NCBI GenBank assembly: GCA_003132445.1 | Contig: PKXU01000152.1 | Coordinates: 32,667 to 96,666 of the forward strand | DNA from: Acidobacteriaceae bacterium | GTDB lineage: Bacteria > Acidobacteriota > Terriglobia > Terriglobales > Acidobacteriaceae | Direction: 5' to 3' | DNA length: 64,000 nucleotides | In this document: piece after piece, positions 52,434 to 62,029 of the stretch | How the letters are laid out: every line of letters starts with the position of its first letter | Numbering within the stretch: position 1 is the stretch's first letter | Program-made: the position numbers and the translations under genes | The notes under the pieces: generated by a model | Databases searched by the model: none | What the model saw: only the letters and a program-made list of their open reading frames with translations | Told to the model about the DNA's origin: nothing

Positions 52434-54971
52434 TTATCCCTTGGTGGTGAAGGCTAACGTCAGCAGCGTTTTCTGTTCCACTTCGTGCGCTTTGGAGCTG
52501 CCGGTTGCGGGACTGGCGCCTGAAGAACGCTTAACCGAGAGAACTGGACGGTCGCCGGCGATTCGTTTCAGGCGTGGCAGCATGTTGAAGAGTGCGCCCA
52601 TGTTTGCGGGCTCTTCCTGCACCCATACGATGTCACCCTCGGTTCCGTGGCGCTCCAGTTCGGCGACAAGTTCTTGCTCGGGGAACGGATAGAGTTGCTC
52701 CAGAAAAACGATCGCGGTGCTGCTGTCTTTTCTTTTTTTTCTTTCGGCTTGCAGTTCGTGGCCGATTTTTCCGGTGCAGATCAGGATGCGATCGGCGTGG
52801 CCGACCTCGGTGTCCGGGATGACGTTAAGAAAATTCTTGTGGGTGAAGTCTTCGATGGGCGAACTGGCGTCGGCGTGGCGCAGCATGCTCTTTGGAGTGA
52901 AGACCACCAGCGGCTTGCGCCAATGGCGCAACGCCTGGCGGCGCAGCAGATGAAAATACTGCACAGCGTTGGACGGTTGCGCGATCTGAATGTTGTGCTT
53001 GGCGGCGAGCTGGATGAAGCGCTCGATGCGCGCGCTGGAATGTTCCGGCCCCTGGCCCTCGTAGCCGTGGGGGAGCAGCAGTACGAGACCGGAGAGCAGG
53101 TTCCACTTGGCTTCGCCGGCGCTGATGAACTGGTCAATGATGGCCTGCGCGACATTGACGAAGTCGCCGAACTGAGCCTCCCAGAGGACCAGCGATTCCG
53201 GGTAGTCGCGGCTGTAGCCGTATTCGAAGCCGAGGACTCCGGCTTCGGAGAGCGTGGAGTTGTAGATTTCGCAGCGAGCCTGGCCGGGCGCAATGTTTTC
53301 CAGAGGAACGTATTCGTCTTCGTTTTCGATGTCGATGAGAACAGAGTGGCGCTGGTTGAAGGTGCCGCGGCGAGTGTCCTGACCGGACATGCGGACATGA
53401 GTGCCGTCTTTCACCAGACTCGCGAAGGCCAGGGCCTCGGCCATGCCGTAATCGACGGCACGCGCGCCAGCGCCCATCTCCGCGCGCTGTTCGAGAAGCT
53501 TTTTTACTTTGGGATGAATGTGGAATCCATCGGGATAAGCGGTGAGGCGCGCAGTGAGTGCGGATAGTTCTTCGGGCGCGAGCCCGGTTTCGACTTCGAA
53601 CTCCGGTTTGTAGAGTCCACCGAAATAGTTGTCCCAGTATTTCGGCAATTCGCGCATCAACGGTTTTTGCTTGATGCTGCTGGCTTGTTTTTGCGCGGAT
53701 TCGAACTCGGCGCGGATGGCCGCGGCCTGCGCTGGCGCGTCAGTGGCGCCGATATCGTCGGCGTAGATTTCCCAGAGTGGTGGATGTTCTTTGATCTTTT
53801 TATAAAGAAGAGGTTGGGTGATGGTGGGGTCGTCGACTTCGCTGTGACCGTGACGGCGATAGCCGATGAGATCGATGACCACGTCGGTTCCGAATTTGTA
53901 ACGGTACTCGGTGGCGATGCGAGCGACGCGGACAACGGCGTCGACGTCTTCGCCATTGACGTGGAAGATGGGAATCGATTGGCGGCGCGCGATGCAGGCG
54001 GCGAAACGAGTCGAGTGCTCTTCGGTGTAGCTGGTGGTGAAGCCGAGGAGATTGTTCACGACCACGTGAATCGTGCCGCCGACTGTGTATCCGGGAAGAT
54101 CGGCATAGTTCATGGTCTCGGCGAGAATGCCTTGTCCGGCGAATGCGGCATCGCCGTGAACTAACAGCGGAAGATATTTTTCGCGTCCGCCTTCGCCAGT
54201 GCGGTCTTGTTTTGCGCGCGTGCGGCCGACGGTCACGGGGTCGACCGCTTCCAGATGGCTGGGGTTTGAGACCAAATGGATGTGAACCTTACCGCCGCTG
54301 CGGGTTTTGTATTCGCCGGTAGCGCCCATGTGATATTTCACGTCGCCGGAGCCGAGCACGCTGCGCGGATCCACATCTTCGAATCCAGCGAAGATTTCCT
54401 GAGGAGGACGCTGGGCCACATGGGCGATGACGTTGAGGCGGCCGCGATGGCTCATGCCCATGACGAGTTCGATTGCGCCGAACTGGGAGCTGGTATCGAG
54501 AACTTCATCGACGAGCGGGATCAGAGCGGTGACGCCTTCGAGCGAGAAGCGCTTGCTGCCGAGATATCGTTGCTGCATTACCTGTTCGAAAATATCGGCG
54601 CGGATGAGCAAATCGAGAATGCGCTGCTGGTCTTTTTCCGTAATCTCGAAACCCTGGGACGGCGATTCCATGCGGTCGAAAATCCATTGGCGGCGCTCGG
54701 GACGATAGATGTGATTGATTTCGACGCCGATGGTGCTGGAATAAATTGCGCGGGCCTCGCGGGCGTATTCGCCTTCGCGCTCCAGTTCGGGAGTTTCACG
54801 GGGTCGGAGAAAACCGAGAGGATCGAGATCGCCTTCGAGATATCCAAACTGACGGTAGGCGTTGAAGACACGTTCCCGTTCGAGGTTGGAGCCGTTGCTG
54901 GGTTCGATGACGGCGACGCCGGAGCCGCCATTAGAAGTTTTTGATTTTCCGGTCATGATTTCGAGAGCCAC
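52434..54971 (-). CDS. sucA: 2-oxoglutarate dehydrogenase E1 component
   Basis: 845 aa. Typical blocks: YRQFGYLEGDLDPLG, RFSLEG, GMSHRGRLNV, HGDAAFAGQG, GYRRHGHSE, AQFGDF and LLPHGYEGQGPEHSS. Confidence 0.9.
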   Translation of the reverse strand: MALEIMTGKSKTSNGGSGVAVIEPSNGSNLERERVFNAYRQFGYLEGDLDPLGFLRPRETPELEREGEYAREARAIYSSTIGVEINHIYRPERRQWIFDRMESPSQGFEITEKDQQRILDLLIRADIFEQVMQQRYLGSKRFSLEGVTALIPLVDEVLDTSSQFGAIELVMGMSHRGRLNVIAHVAQRPPQEIFAGFEDVDPRSVLGSGDVKYHMGATGEYKTRSGGKVHIHLVSNPSHLEAVDPVTVGRTRAKQDRTGEGGREKYLPLLVHGDAAFAGQGILAETMNYADLPGYTVGGTIHVVVNNLLGFTTSYTEEHSTRFAACIARRQSIPIFHVNGEDVDAVVRVARIATEYRYKFGTDVVIDLIGYRRHGHSEVDDPTITQPLLYKKIKEHPPLWEIYADDIGATDAPAQAAAIRAEFESAQKQASSIKQKPLMRELPKYWDNYFGGLYKPEFEVETGLAPEELSALTARLTAYPDGFHIHPKVKKLLEQRAEMGAGARAVDYGMAEALAFASLVKDGTHVRMSGQDTRRGTFNQRHSVLIDIENEDEYVPLENIAPGQARCEIYNSTLSEAGVLGFEYGYSRDYPESLVLWEAQFGDFVNVAQAIIDQFISAGEAKWNLLSGLVLLLPHGYEGQGPEHSSARIERFIQLAAKHNIQIAQPSNAVQYFHLLRRQALRHWRKPLVVFTPKSMLRHADASSPIEDFTHKNFLNVIPDTEVGHADRILICTGKIGHELQAERKKRKDSSTAIVFLEQLYPFPEQELVAELERHGTEGDIVWVQEEPANMGALFNMLPRLKRIAGDRPVLSVKRSSGASPATGSSKAHEVEQKTLLTLAFTTKG

Positions 54972-55044
54972 AAGAATGCAAGTACTAGGATAAAGGATGC
55001 GCGGGCACGCGTGCAGGATTCGATTGGAAACGAAAGATCATAAC

Positions 55045-55165
55045 CACAGAGGACACTGAGGAACACGGAGGAGAGCCCTGGCACGGCGTACTCGGAGCGG
55101 GTAGGGATCCTTCGACTGCGTCACTGCTTCGCTTGCGAAGCACTCACTTCGCTCAGGACGACGAC
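55045..55165. repeat. Composite REP-like region
   Basis: A 9-nt-period CACAGAGGA CACTGAGGA ACACGGAGG, then an R4-like GGGATCCTTCGACTGCGTCACTGCTTCGCTTGCGAAGCACTCACTTCGCTCAGGACGAC. Confidence 0.65.
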
Positions 55166-55189
55166 GCAACCTGCGACAACAACGCAAGC

Positions 55190-56977
55190 CTATGCGACGA
55201 CTTTGTAGGGGCGCATCATTTCGTTGTCTTCGTGTTCGAGGACGTGGCAATGCCAGACGTAGAGGAATTCCTGGCCGGGCGTGGTGGCAGTTCCGGTGGG
55301 AAGATCGAACTTTGCGATCACACGGGTAACGTATCCGGCGTAAGTCTTGATCGTATCTTTCCAGGCCGGCCGCTCGTTCGATTCCGGCGGCATCGGCATG
55401 CCGACGAAGTTCATCTTGCCAGTTTCCATGTAGGTCTTCACGTCGAAGGGTTGGCGATTGAGGACCTGGAACTGCACCAGATGAAGATGCATGGGGTGGA
55501 CATCGCCGGTAGCGTTGGCGAAGGACCAGATTTCCATGGTGCCCGCCTTGGGATCTTCGGTGATGGGATCGTCCCAGTGCTTTTGACCGAGCAGTCCGAT
55601 CATGGTGTAGCCGTCGGAGGGGCGGTCCATTTCGGTAAGAGCCAGGATTCGTTCGCGAACCGCGTGGGCAGGGTTGAGCGGGTTCCAGGGTGCAAGCGTT
55701 TCCGGAAGTGAACTCGCATCCTTGCCGGCGGGTGGCTTGGTGACTTTGAAGAGCATTACATCAGAAGGCACAATTTCGCCGCCGCGGGCGTAAGGCGCGG
55801 GAGCGTCATTGATGAGGGCGAAGTTTTCGCCTTTGTATTCGGAGAAGTCGAGGACTAGGTCGAAACGCTCACCGGGCGCGAAGATCAGGTAATGAGTTTG
55901 CAAGGGCGCGGGAAGCAAGCCGCCATCACTGCCAATCTGGCGAAAAGGCGGAGCGTCCGCCGGTCGGCCGTTGGGCTTGCCGTTGGCGTCGGCGGGAACG
56001 AGCCTGAGGTGATAGAAGCGTGAGTTAGAGCCGTTGACCAGGCGGAAGCGATATTTGCGCGGCTCGACTTCAAAGAATGGCGCAGCCTTGCCATTGACGC
56101 AGATCGTGTCGCCGAAAAATTCCTGCATCCACATGGGATGCGTGCCGTTCTGAGGCGGAGGATAGAGCAGCGAGCCATCGACGCCGAACTTTCGATCCTG
56201 AATCATGAGTGGGATTTCATAGGGGCCGCTGGGCAAGTTGAGTGTATCTTCTTCGTCGTCGCGAATCAGGTAAAAGCCAGCCAGGCCGGCGTAGACATTG
56301 AGACGAGTGATGCCCAGGGCGTGATCGTGATACCAAAGCGTGGTCGCGGCCTGATCGTTGGGATAGTGGCAAGGGTCAGCTGCCGCGACGCTTCCCGCTT
56401 TTCCGTCAGAGGTGACCCAGGCATCGGGATAGCCGTCACTGTCGGGCCAAACTTGAGCACCATGGACATGCGTGACCGTGCGAACTTCCGGCACTCCCTC
56501 TCCGGCGCCGTGAATGGTTGTATCTACGGGAAGAAAGTGCGTGGTGGGAAGATGGTTTAACCATTTCACAAAAAGCGGCTCGCCTCGCCGGACTTCGAAG
56601 GTTGGGCCCGGCCACATGCCGTTGTATCCCCAGATGGTGGCGGGAGGAAGATCGCGATGGGCTTTGTGTTTAAACGGGACGAGGCGGACTTCAATTGGAT
56701 TATTCGGCCCAGAGCTGGCCTTTGGGCGAATCACGGGCGGGATCGACAACGGTGTCACGTAGCTGGCGAGGGGGCTGGAGGGTTTTGCCTGCGGAAACGC
56801 CCTGAGCATGGCGCGAGCGCTGCCCGGGCCCATTTTCATGGCCGGGTTCAGGGCGGCGTGGGTGGTGCTGGCTTGCTGCGCGCTGACTTGCTGCGCGAGA
56901 AAACGGCGCGGAGCGGCCAATAGACCGGTGCCGGCGCAGAATCCCAATCGTAACCAATCGCGTCTGGTGAACTTCAA
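55190..56977 (-). CDS. Multicopper oxidase (CotA/bilirubin-oxidase-like), TAT-exported
   Basis: TAT signal MKFTRRDWLRLG. Copper ligand motifs HVHGAQV, WYHDHA, HPMHLHL and HCHVLEHEDNEMM. Confidence 0.9.
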   Translation of the reverse strand: MKFTRRDWLRLGFCAGTGLLAAPRRFLAQQVSAQQASTTHAALNPAMKMGPGSARAMLRAFPQAKPSSPLASYVTPLSIPPVIRPKASSGPNNPIEVRLVPFKHKAHRDLPPATIWGYNGMWPGPTFEVRRGEPLFVKWLNHLPTTHFLPVDTTIHGAGEGVPEVRTVTHVHGAQVWPDSDGYPDAWVTSDGKAGSVAAADPCHYPNDQAATTLWYHDHALGITRLNVYAGLAGFYLIRDDEEDTLNLPSGPYEIPLMIQDRKFGVDGSLLYPPPQNGTHPMWMQEFFGDTICVNGKAAPFFEVEPRKYRFRLVNGSNSRFYHLRLVPADANGKPNGRPADAPPFRQIGSDGGLLPAPLQTHYLIFAPGERFDLVLDFSEYKGENFALINDAPAPYARGGEIVPSDVMLFKVTKPPAGKDASSLPETLAPWNPLNPAHAVRERILALTEMDRPSDGYTMIGLLGQKHWDDPITEDPKAGTMEIWSFANATGDVHPMHLHLVQFQVLNRQPFDVKTYMETGKMNFVGMPMPPESNERPAWKDTIKTYAGYVTRVIAKFDLPTGTATTPGQEFLYVWHCHVLEHEDNEMMRPYKVVA

Positions 56978-57194
56978 AGGACTTTCCCTTGTGGTCTCAA
57001 ATCCGCAGGAGGAGCTTTTCTCTTCGCTTTGAACTTATTGATTTTCGCGGAGCGGACACTCGCGCGGTGTGAATATCCGGTTAAAAATCGATTGCCCGAC
57101 GGCCAGCGAAAACAGAAGTGAAAGCCGATCTGGGATGTTGTCCCTGACCGGCTGTTCACGACTACCTACTGGACTGGCGATTGCGCTGAAGCGG

Positions 57195-59174
57195 CTAATT
57201 CTTCGCCACGTCCCAAGAATGAAAATCGAACGCGTCAAACAGGTCGTCAATCGCCGGAGTATTCAAGGGAACGTAAGGATTGTTCCTGGATACTTTCGGG
57301 TTTGGCAGATTATCGCGGCTGCGTGCGGTCAAAGGACCCAGGCCGAAATTCCGTTCGATGAACTTCGTGATGGAGACATGGTCAGAGTAGGAGTGGCTGA
57401 TGTGGCCACCTCGGCTGAACGGAGAAACGATCAACAGCGGAATACGGGTTCCGTCGCCGAAGAAATCGACGGGCTGAATGTAGCCGGAGTCGTAGTAACC
57501 TCCGCCTTCGTCCTCGGTGATAAAGATCGCGGTCGTAGCCCAGATTTCGGGATTGGCCTGCACGGCGTTGACCACGTTTTTCACAAAGCCTTCGAACAAT
57601 TCGAGTTTCGAAGATGCGGGATGACCGTCCGAAGGCCAGCCCGGCTTCACGATGGAAACCGAGGGAAGGTTGTTCGCCTTGATGTCGGCGTAGAGGTTCT
57701 GGGAATCCTGAATGTGTTCGGTACGGAGTATCGCGTTGGTCATGATATCGGTGGCGTAGTTAAACGGGTTGCAGATGTTGCAGTAAGTGTTGAGTGGATT
57801 GGCAAAGGTTGGATCAGTCACAAAAATGTTCCAGCCATCTCCGTAATACTTCCACGAAACATTCTTCTCAAGAAGCGCATCGCCGATGTGACGAACTGAA
57901 CTTCCCGGAACAGTGAAAGGAGAAAGCGAAAGTGAGGAAGATCCGTCGCCGTTGAAGCCCGGGTTGTAGTTGTTCAGAATGTAGTAGTGTCCGGCCTGGC
58001 AGTTGGGATCGACGGGACGAGGCAGAAACTCGAGGTAGTTGACAATGGCGGGGACGCCGGGCTGGCCTAGATCGGAGCAATTGACGTAGCTTCCGCCGCC
58101 GCTGGTGCCGACACCGTATCCGTCGGCGTCGTACCAGTTGTTGGTGCCGGGTTGCGGATTCGGGTTCTCGATCTGATTCGCTGGCGGAGTCTTCGCATGT
58201 CCCTTGCCGTCGCTGTACCAGATGGAATCGGCGAAGCCGAACTCGATGTGGTTCGGCATGGTTCCGCCCATCACCGATTGATGGAAGTTGTCGCTCAGCG
58301 TGTAGTGGTCGGCAAGGTACTTCATATAAGGGGCGTCGCCGTTGAGCATGTTAAAGAATTCCATGGATGTGGAACCTTCACCGGTAGAGAGGTAGTTGGT
58401 GGGCGGAGCGGTTGAGCCGCTGGAACCGTCACTGCCCGCGCCGATCGTGGTTTCAACCCAGGGGAAGAGGTCATTCAAGCAGCCGCTGGGATTCTCTTTG
58501 GTGGCGTATGCCACGTCGCAGTCGGTCTGCTGCCACATCTGGAAGAAACGGTGTACTGGGCTGTTAGCGTAATCGTTATAGGTAAGCGTAGGCGAAGTCA
58601 GTTGGAAAGCACCTTCGGGGAGATGGAACACGTCCGGGATACGAGTATCCGCGACTACGTAAGGGGCCAGGCCTGTACCGCCGATCGTCAGGTCAACATA
58701 GTAGGTGGGCCACAATTGGCCGGGTTCAATTTCCTCGGCTTCGGCGAGGGTGGGGACATACGGGTCCGTCGGTCCCCCGGCGACCACCGGTGGATCGTTG
58801 GTATAAACGGTCTTCTCCGCAGGATGAATGGAGTAGGTTCCTTTTCCCACAGTGGTGCTATCGACTGCACTGTATTGTGCCGCCAACGAGTAATTGGGGC
58901 CGGGAGTTCCATCCTCCTTAATAATTCCTTTGGAGAGCAGATTGGAGACGGTTTCCCCATTTCTGGGCTTGTACGTGGCGAAGATGTGATCGAAGCTTCG
59001 GTTTTCACCGATGATCACGATGACGTGCTTAATGGGAGAGGCGGTCGGTGTGTGCTCCGCAGATTTTTGCGCGGCAACGGGAAACGGTGCGCCGAGATTG
59101 ACGACGATCGCGACTAGGCTCGCGCCAACGGCTAGGTGCTGCCTGGCTTGTGCCAGAAAACCTGGTGCAGTCAT
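57195..59174 (-). CDS. Secreted phosphoesterase-family protein (phospholipase C / acid phosphatase AcpA-like), paralog 1
   Basis: Signal peptide. IKHVIVIIGENRSFDH motif, ITEDEGGGYYDSGY and FGDGTRIPLLIVSP. About 65-70% identical by eye to 59923..61842. Confidence 0.8.
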   Translation of the reverse strand: MTAPGFLAQARQHLAVGASLVAIVVNLGAPFPVAAQKSAEHTPTASPIKHVIVIIGENRSFDHIFATYKPRNGETVSNLLSKGIIKEDGTPGPNYSLAAQYSAVDSTTVGKGTYSIHPAEKTVYTNDPPVVAGGPTDPYVPTLAEAEEIEPGQLWPTYYVDLTIGGTGLAPYVVADTRIPDVFHLPEGAFQLTSPTLTYNDYANSPVHRFFQMWQQTDCDVAYATKENPSGCLNDLFPWVETTIGAGSDGSSGSTAPPTNYLSTGEGSTSMEFFNMLNGDAPYMKYLADHYTLSDNFHQSVMGGTMPNHIEFGFADSIWYSDGKGHAKTPPANQIENPNPQPGTNNWYDADGYGVGTSGGGSYVNCSDLGQPGVPAIVNYLEFLPRPVDPNCQAGHYYILNNYNPGFNGDGSSSLSLSPFTVPGSSVRHIGDALLEKNVSWKYYGDGWNIFVTDPTFANPLNTYCNICNPFNYATDIMTNAILRTEHIQDSQNLYADIKANNLPSVSIVKPGWPSDGHPASSKLELFEGFVKNVVNAVQANPEIWATTAIFITEDEGGGYYDSGYIQPVDFFGDGTRIPLLIVSPFSRGGHISHSYSDHVSITKFIERNFGLGPLTARSRDNLPNPKVSRNNPYVPLNTPAIDDLFDAFDFHSWDVAKN

Positions 59175-59196
59175 AAGTTTCCTCCTCGGAATTACC

Positions 59197-59272
59197 GAGG
59201 TGTAAAGGTAGCGGCTGAGCAGTTACGGGCAGGTGACGCGGAGATGAATTCCAGATTAAAAGTAATCCACAG
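59197..59272 (-). promoter_or_regulatory. Conserved leader/promoter block with Pho-box-like direct repeat (paralog 1)
   Basis: A 76-nt block, 66/76 identical with no gaps to 61871-61946, while the flanks diverge. On the gene strand it reads CGTCACCTGCC CGTAACTGCTC (59238-59217), two GTMAC half-sites 11 bp apart. Then 11 nt after the second half-site comes TACCTT (59210-59205, TAnnnT). Confidence 0.5.
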
Positions 59273-59341
59273 GCTGGGTGCGCCTTTCCGTGCGGCCATC
59301 CACGAATGAAATTGTGTTTTGCTTTTCTGACGCTGTGCTAG

Positions 59342-59821
59342 CTATTGTCGTGCTGAACTTCGATCGGGCTGGCGAATGGTGGTCCAGGAATAATCAGTAG
59401 GATGAGCATTTTCACCGTGGCTGTCGTAGCCGTCACCGACGCCCTGGACTTCGAATCTTCCTGTCATTTTGTCGCCTTCGACTGTTCCGGTGAAAACGAG
59501 ACTGAATGGAGTGGCACCCTGAAAATCGAGAGTGAGGCTTACGTGCGTGCCTTGAATGCTCCCCGAAACCTTGGGCGAACCCAGCCTTCCCTGGAAGGTA
59601 CCGGTAAGTTTCGAGTCTATTTGTTCGATCTGCACAGTGCCGCGCTCGGTTCCGAGGCGAGCTTCCCAGGATAATTGCCATTTCCCCGTAACGTTCACAG
59701 GCCGGTTCGAATTATCTGAAGCAAAGCTAGGGACGAGCATTAAGAGTGAGAGCAAGAGGCATGGCAGAACTATTGTGGTAAGCGCTGTAGTTCTCGAAGT
59801 TGTCCTATTAAAGATTTTCAT
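59342..59821 (-). CDS. Secreted hypothetical protein (159 aa)
   Basis: GAGGA lies before the ATG. Signal peptide ...LLLSLLMLVPSFA. Beta-rich-looking body (GKWQLSWEARLGTERGTVQIEQ...). Sits between the two phosphoesterase paralogs. Confidence 0.6.
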   Translation of the reverse strand: MKIFNRTTSRTTALTTIVLPCLLLSLLMLVPSFASDNSNRPVNVTGKWQLSWEARLGTERGTVQIEQIDSKLTGTFQGRLGSPKVSGSIQGTHVSLTLDFQGATPFSLVFTGTVEGDKMTGRFEVQGVGDGYDSHGENAHPTDYSWTTIRQPDRSSARQ

Positions 59822-59871
59822 ACGTCCTCGGCAATCTCGATTTCAAACCAGGCGAAGCGTTAATCGATGCA

Positions 59872-59901
59872 CCGGCCAGGAATCGAGCGACTCCTGGCCG
59901 G
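59872..59901 (-). other. 10-bp perfect stem-loop between phosphoesterase paralog 2 and the 159-aa gene
   Basis: CCGGCCAGGA-N10-TCCTGGCCGG with no T-tract. Possible processing or attenuation site. Confidence 0.5.
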
Positions 59902-59922
59902 GCATGTTGAAGCGCGAATATC

Positions 59923-61842
59923 TTACTTTGACCCGAAATCGAAGAGATCAAACAGATCGTCAAGTGCAGGGCTGTTGGTCGGCACATACGGATTGCTTTT
60001 CTTGACCTTCGGATTCGGGAAGTTATCGCGGCTGGTGGCTGTGATGGGTTTGAGTCCCCAGTTTCGCTCAATGAACTTGATGAGCGAAACATGGTCGCCG
60101 TAGCTGTGGTTTACTTTACCGCCAGTCGTGTACTGGGAGATGACGACCAGCGGAATTCGCGTGCCGTCACCGAAGAAATCCACTGGCTGGATGTAGCCCG
60201 AGTCGTAATAACCACCACCTTCGTCGAAGGTGACGAACACGGCTGTGCTGGCCCAGAGAGTTGGGTTCTTCTGCAGTTGGTCTACGATTTTCTTTACGAA
60301 GCCTTCAAACAGATCCAGCTTCGACGAAGAGGGATGGCCATCCGTGAATCCGCTGGGCTTCACGATTGAAACTGCCGGCAAATTCCCGTCGATCAGGTCT
60401 TCATACAGGGCGGTCGTGTCCTGGATGTGGGCTTCGCGCTCGGCTGAAACGGTCATGATGTCGGTCGCGTATTGGAACGGGTTGCAGATATTGCAATAGC
60501 GGTCATACGGGTTGGCGCCAGTCGGATCGCTGGTGTAAAGATCCCAGCCTTCGCCAAAATAGGTGTACGAAACGCCCGCCGCTGACAAGGAGTCTCCGAT
60601 GTGCTTCTGGGCGGTGGGAGGGATTGTGAACTGCGTGTAGACGCTGTCCAGAGTTCCGTCACCGACGAATCCCGGGTTGTAGTTATTGAGTAGATAATAA
60701 GCTTTGGAAGCGCAACGGGGTTCGATGGGAGGATTCAACGATTGGAGGTAATTCACGACCGCAGGCACGCCGGGCTGACCGATGTCACTGCAATTACTGT
60801 AACTGCCGCCCGAGTAGCCGTCCTGGTCGTAGTAGTTGTTGGTTCCGGATTGGGGATTGGGATTTTCAATCTGATTGGTCGGAGGAGTGGTGAAGTGTCC
60901 TTTTCCATCGCTGTAGGCAATTGCATCGGCGTAGCCGAACATGATGTGATTGGCGCCGGTTCCGCCCATTACGGATTGATGGAAGTTGTCACTGATGGTG
61001 TAATTTTCTGCGAGTTCCTCAAAGTAGGAAGCGTCCCCTTTAGTGACGTTAAAGAACTCCATTGAGGTCGAGCCCTCGCCAGTGTTCAGGGTTGCGGGCC
61101 GTGCGGCTCCATTGCTTCCCGCCCCGATCGTTACTTCAACCCACGGGAACAAATCGTTCAGGCAACCGCTGGGATTTTCTGCGATCACATTGTCCACGCT
61201 GCAATCGGTCTGCTGCCACATTTGGTAGAAGCGGTGCACGGGGCTGGCCGCATAGGCATCGTAGGGAAGAGTTTTCGAAGTGAGTTGGAACGCACCGGAG
61301 CCCAAGGTCTCGACATGGGGAATGCGCGTGTCCGGCACGTTGTGCGGCAGGCCTGTTGCTCCAGTGAGGAGATATTTATTGTAGGCGGGGGCTAGACCCG
61401 GCTCGGCAAGCTTCGCTAAAGACAAAGTCACAAAGGGGGCCGGATCGGTGTCGCTCGCGGCGGTGGGAGCGCTAGAGGTTTCAGGCGCGGGAATGTTCCA
61501 GTAAGACGCCTTGCTTCCTGGAGAGATTTCATAAAGTCCGCTGTCGACAGCACTGTACTGGGTAGAAAGCTCATAGTTGATACCCGGCTTACCGTCAGCT
61601 TTGACGATGCCTTTGGAGAGCAAGTTATCAACTGTTTGTCCCTGCTTCGGTTTGAAGGTTCCGTAGACGTGATCGAAGCTCCGGTTTTCGCCGATGATCA
61701 CAATCACGTGTTTGATGGGAGTGACGGGAGTGCTCTGTGCGGCGACCGGAAGTGGCGCGCCGAGATTCGCGATGAGCGCGACAAGGCTGGTGGCAACGGC
61801 TGCGTGCTGCCTGGCTTTCACCAGGAAACCTGATGCGGACAT
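59923..61842 (-). CDS. Secreted phosphoesterase-family protein (phospholipase C / acid phosphatase AcpA-like), paralog 2
   Basis: Signal peptide. IKHVIVIIGENRSFDH, VTFDEGGGYYDSGY and FGDGTRIPLVVISQ. Confidence 0.8.
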   Translation of the reverse strand: MSASGFLVKARQHAAVATSLVALIANLGAPLPVAAQSTPVTPIKHVIVIIGENRSFDHVYGTFKPKQGQTVDNLLSKGIVKADGKPGINYELSTQYSAVDSGLYEISPGSKASYWNIPAPETSSAPTAASDTDPAPFVTLSLAKLAEPGLAPAYNKYLLTGATGLPHNVPDTRIPHVETLGSGAFQLTSKTLPYDAYAASPVHRFYQMWQQTDCSVDNVIAENPSGCLNDLFPWVEVTIGAGSNGAARPATLNTGEGSTSMEFFNVTKGDASYFEELAENYTISDNFHQSVMGGTGANHIMFGYADAIAYSDGKGHFTTPPTNQIENPNPQSGTNNYYDQDGYSGGSYSNCSDIGQPGVPAVVNYLQSLNPPIEPRCASKAYYLLNNYNPGFVGDGTLDSVYTQFTIPPTAQKHIGDSLSAAGVSYTYFGEGWDLYTSDPTGANPYDRYCNICNPFQYATDIMTVSAEREAHIQDTTALYEDLIDGNLPAVSIVKPSGFTDGHPSSSKLDLFEGFVKKIVDQLQKNPTLWASTAVFVTFDEGGGYYDSGYIQPVDFFGDGTRIPLVVISQYTTGGKVNHSYGDHVSLIKFIERNWGLKPITATSRDNFPNPKVKKSNPYVPTNSPALDDLFDLFDFGSK

Positions 61843-61870
61843 ACGGTGTTCCTCCTGTGAGAGAACTTCA

Positions 61871-61946
61871 GAGGTGCAAAGGTAGCCGGAGAGCAGTTAC
61901 AGGCAGGTGACGCCGGGATGAATTGCAGATGAAAAATAATCCACAG
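61871..61946 (-). promoter_or_regulatory. Conserved leader/promoter block with Pho-box-like direct repeat (paralog 2)
   Basis: The gene strand reads CGTCACCTGCC TGTAACTGCTC (61912-61891). Then 11 nt after the second half-site comes TACCTT (61884-61879). SD AGGAGGAA lies before ATG 61842. Confidence 0.5.
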
Positions 61947-62029
61947 CAGAAGGTCGCGAATTCGGAATCTACAAGGGTGTTAAAACCCGAATTCTCCAAG
62001 CCAGTTGCGGCTGTGCTAGTCTGCCTTTT

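Noticed and set aside
50094-54971. Missing partners: hyuA without hyuB, and sucA without an adjacent E2 (sucB).
   Set aside because: Partner genes can be encoded elsewhere in the genome. Absence from a 64-kb window is not evidence of anything unusual.
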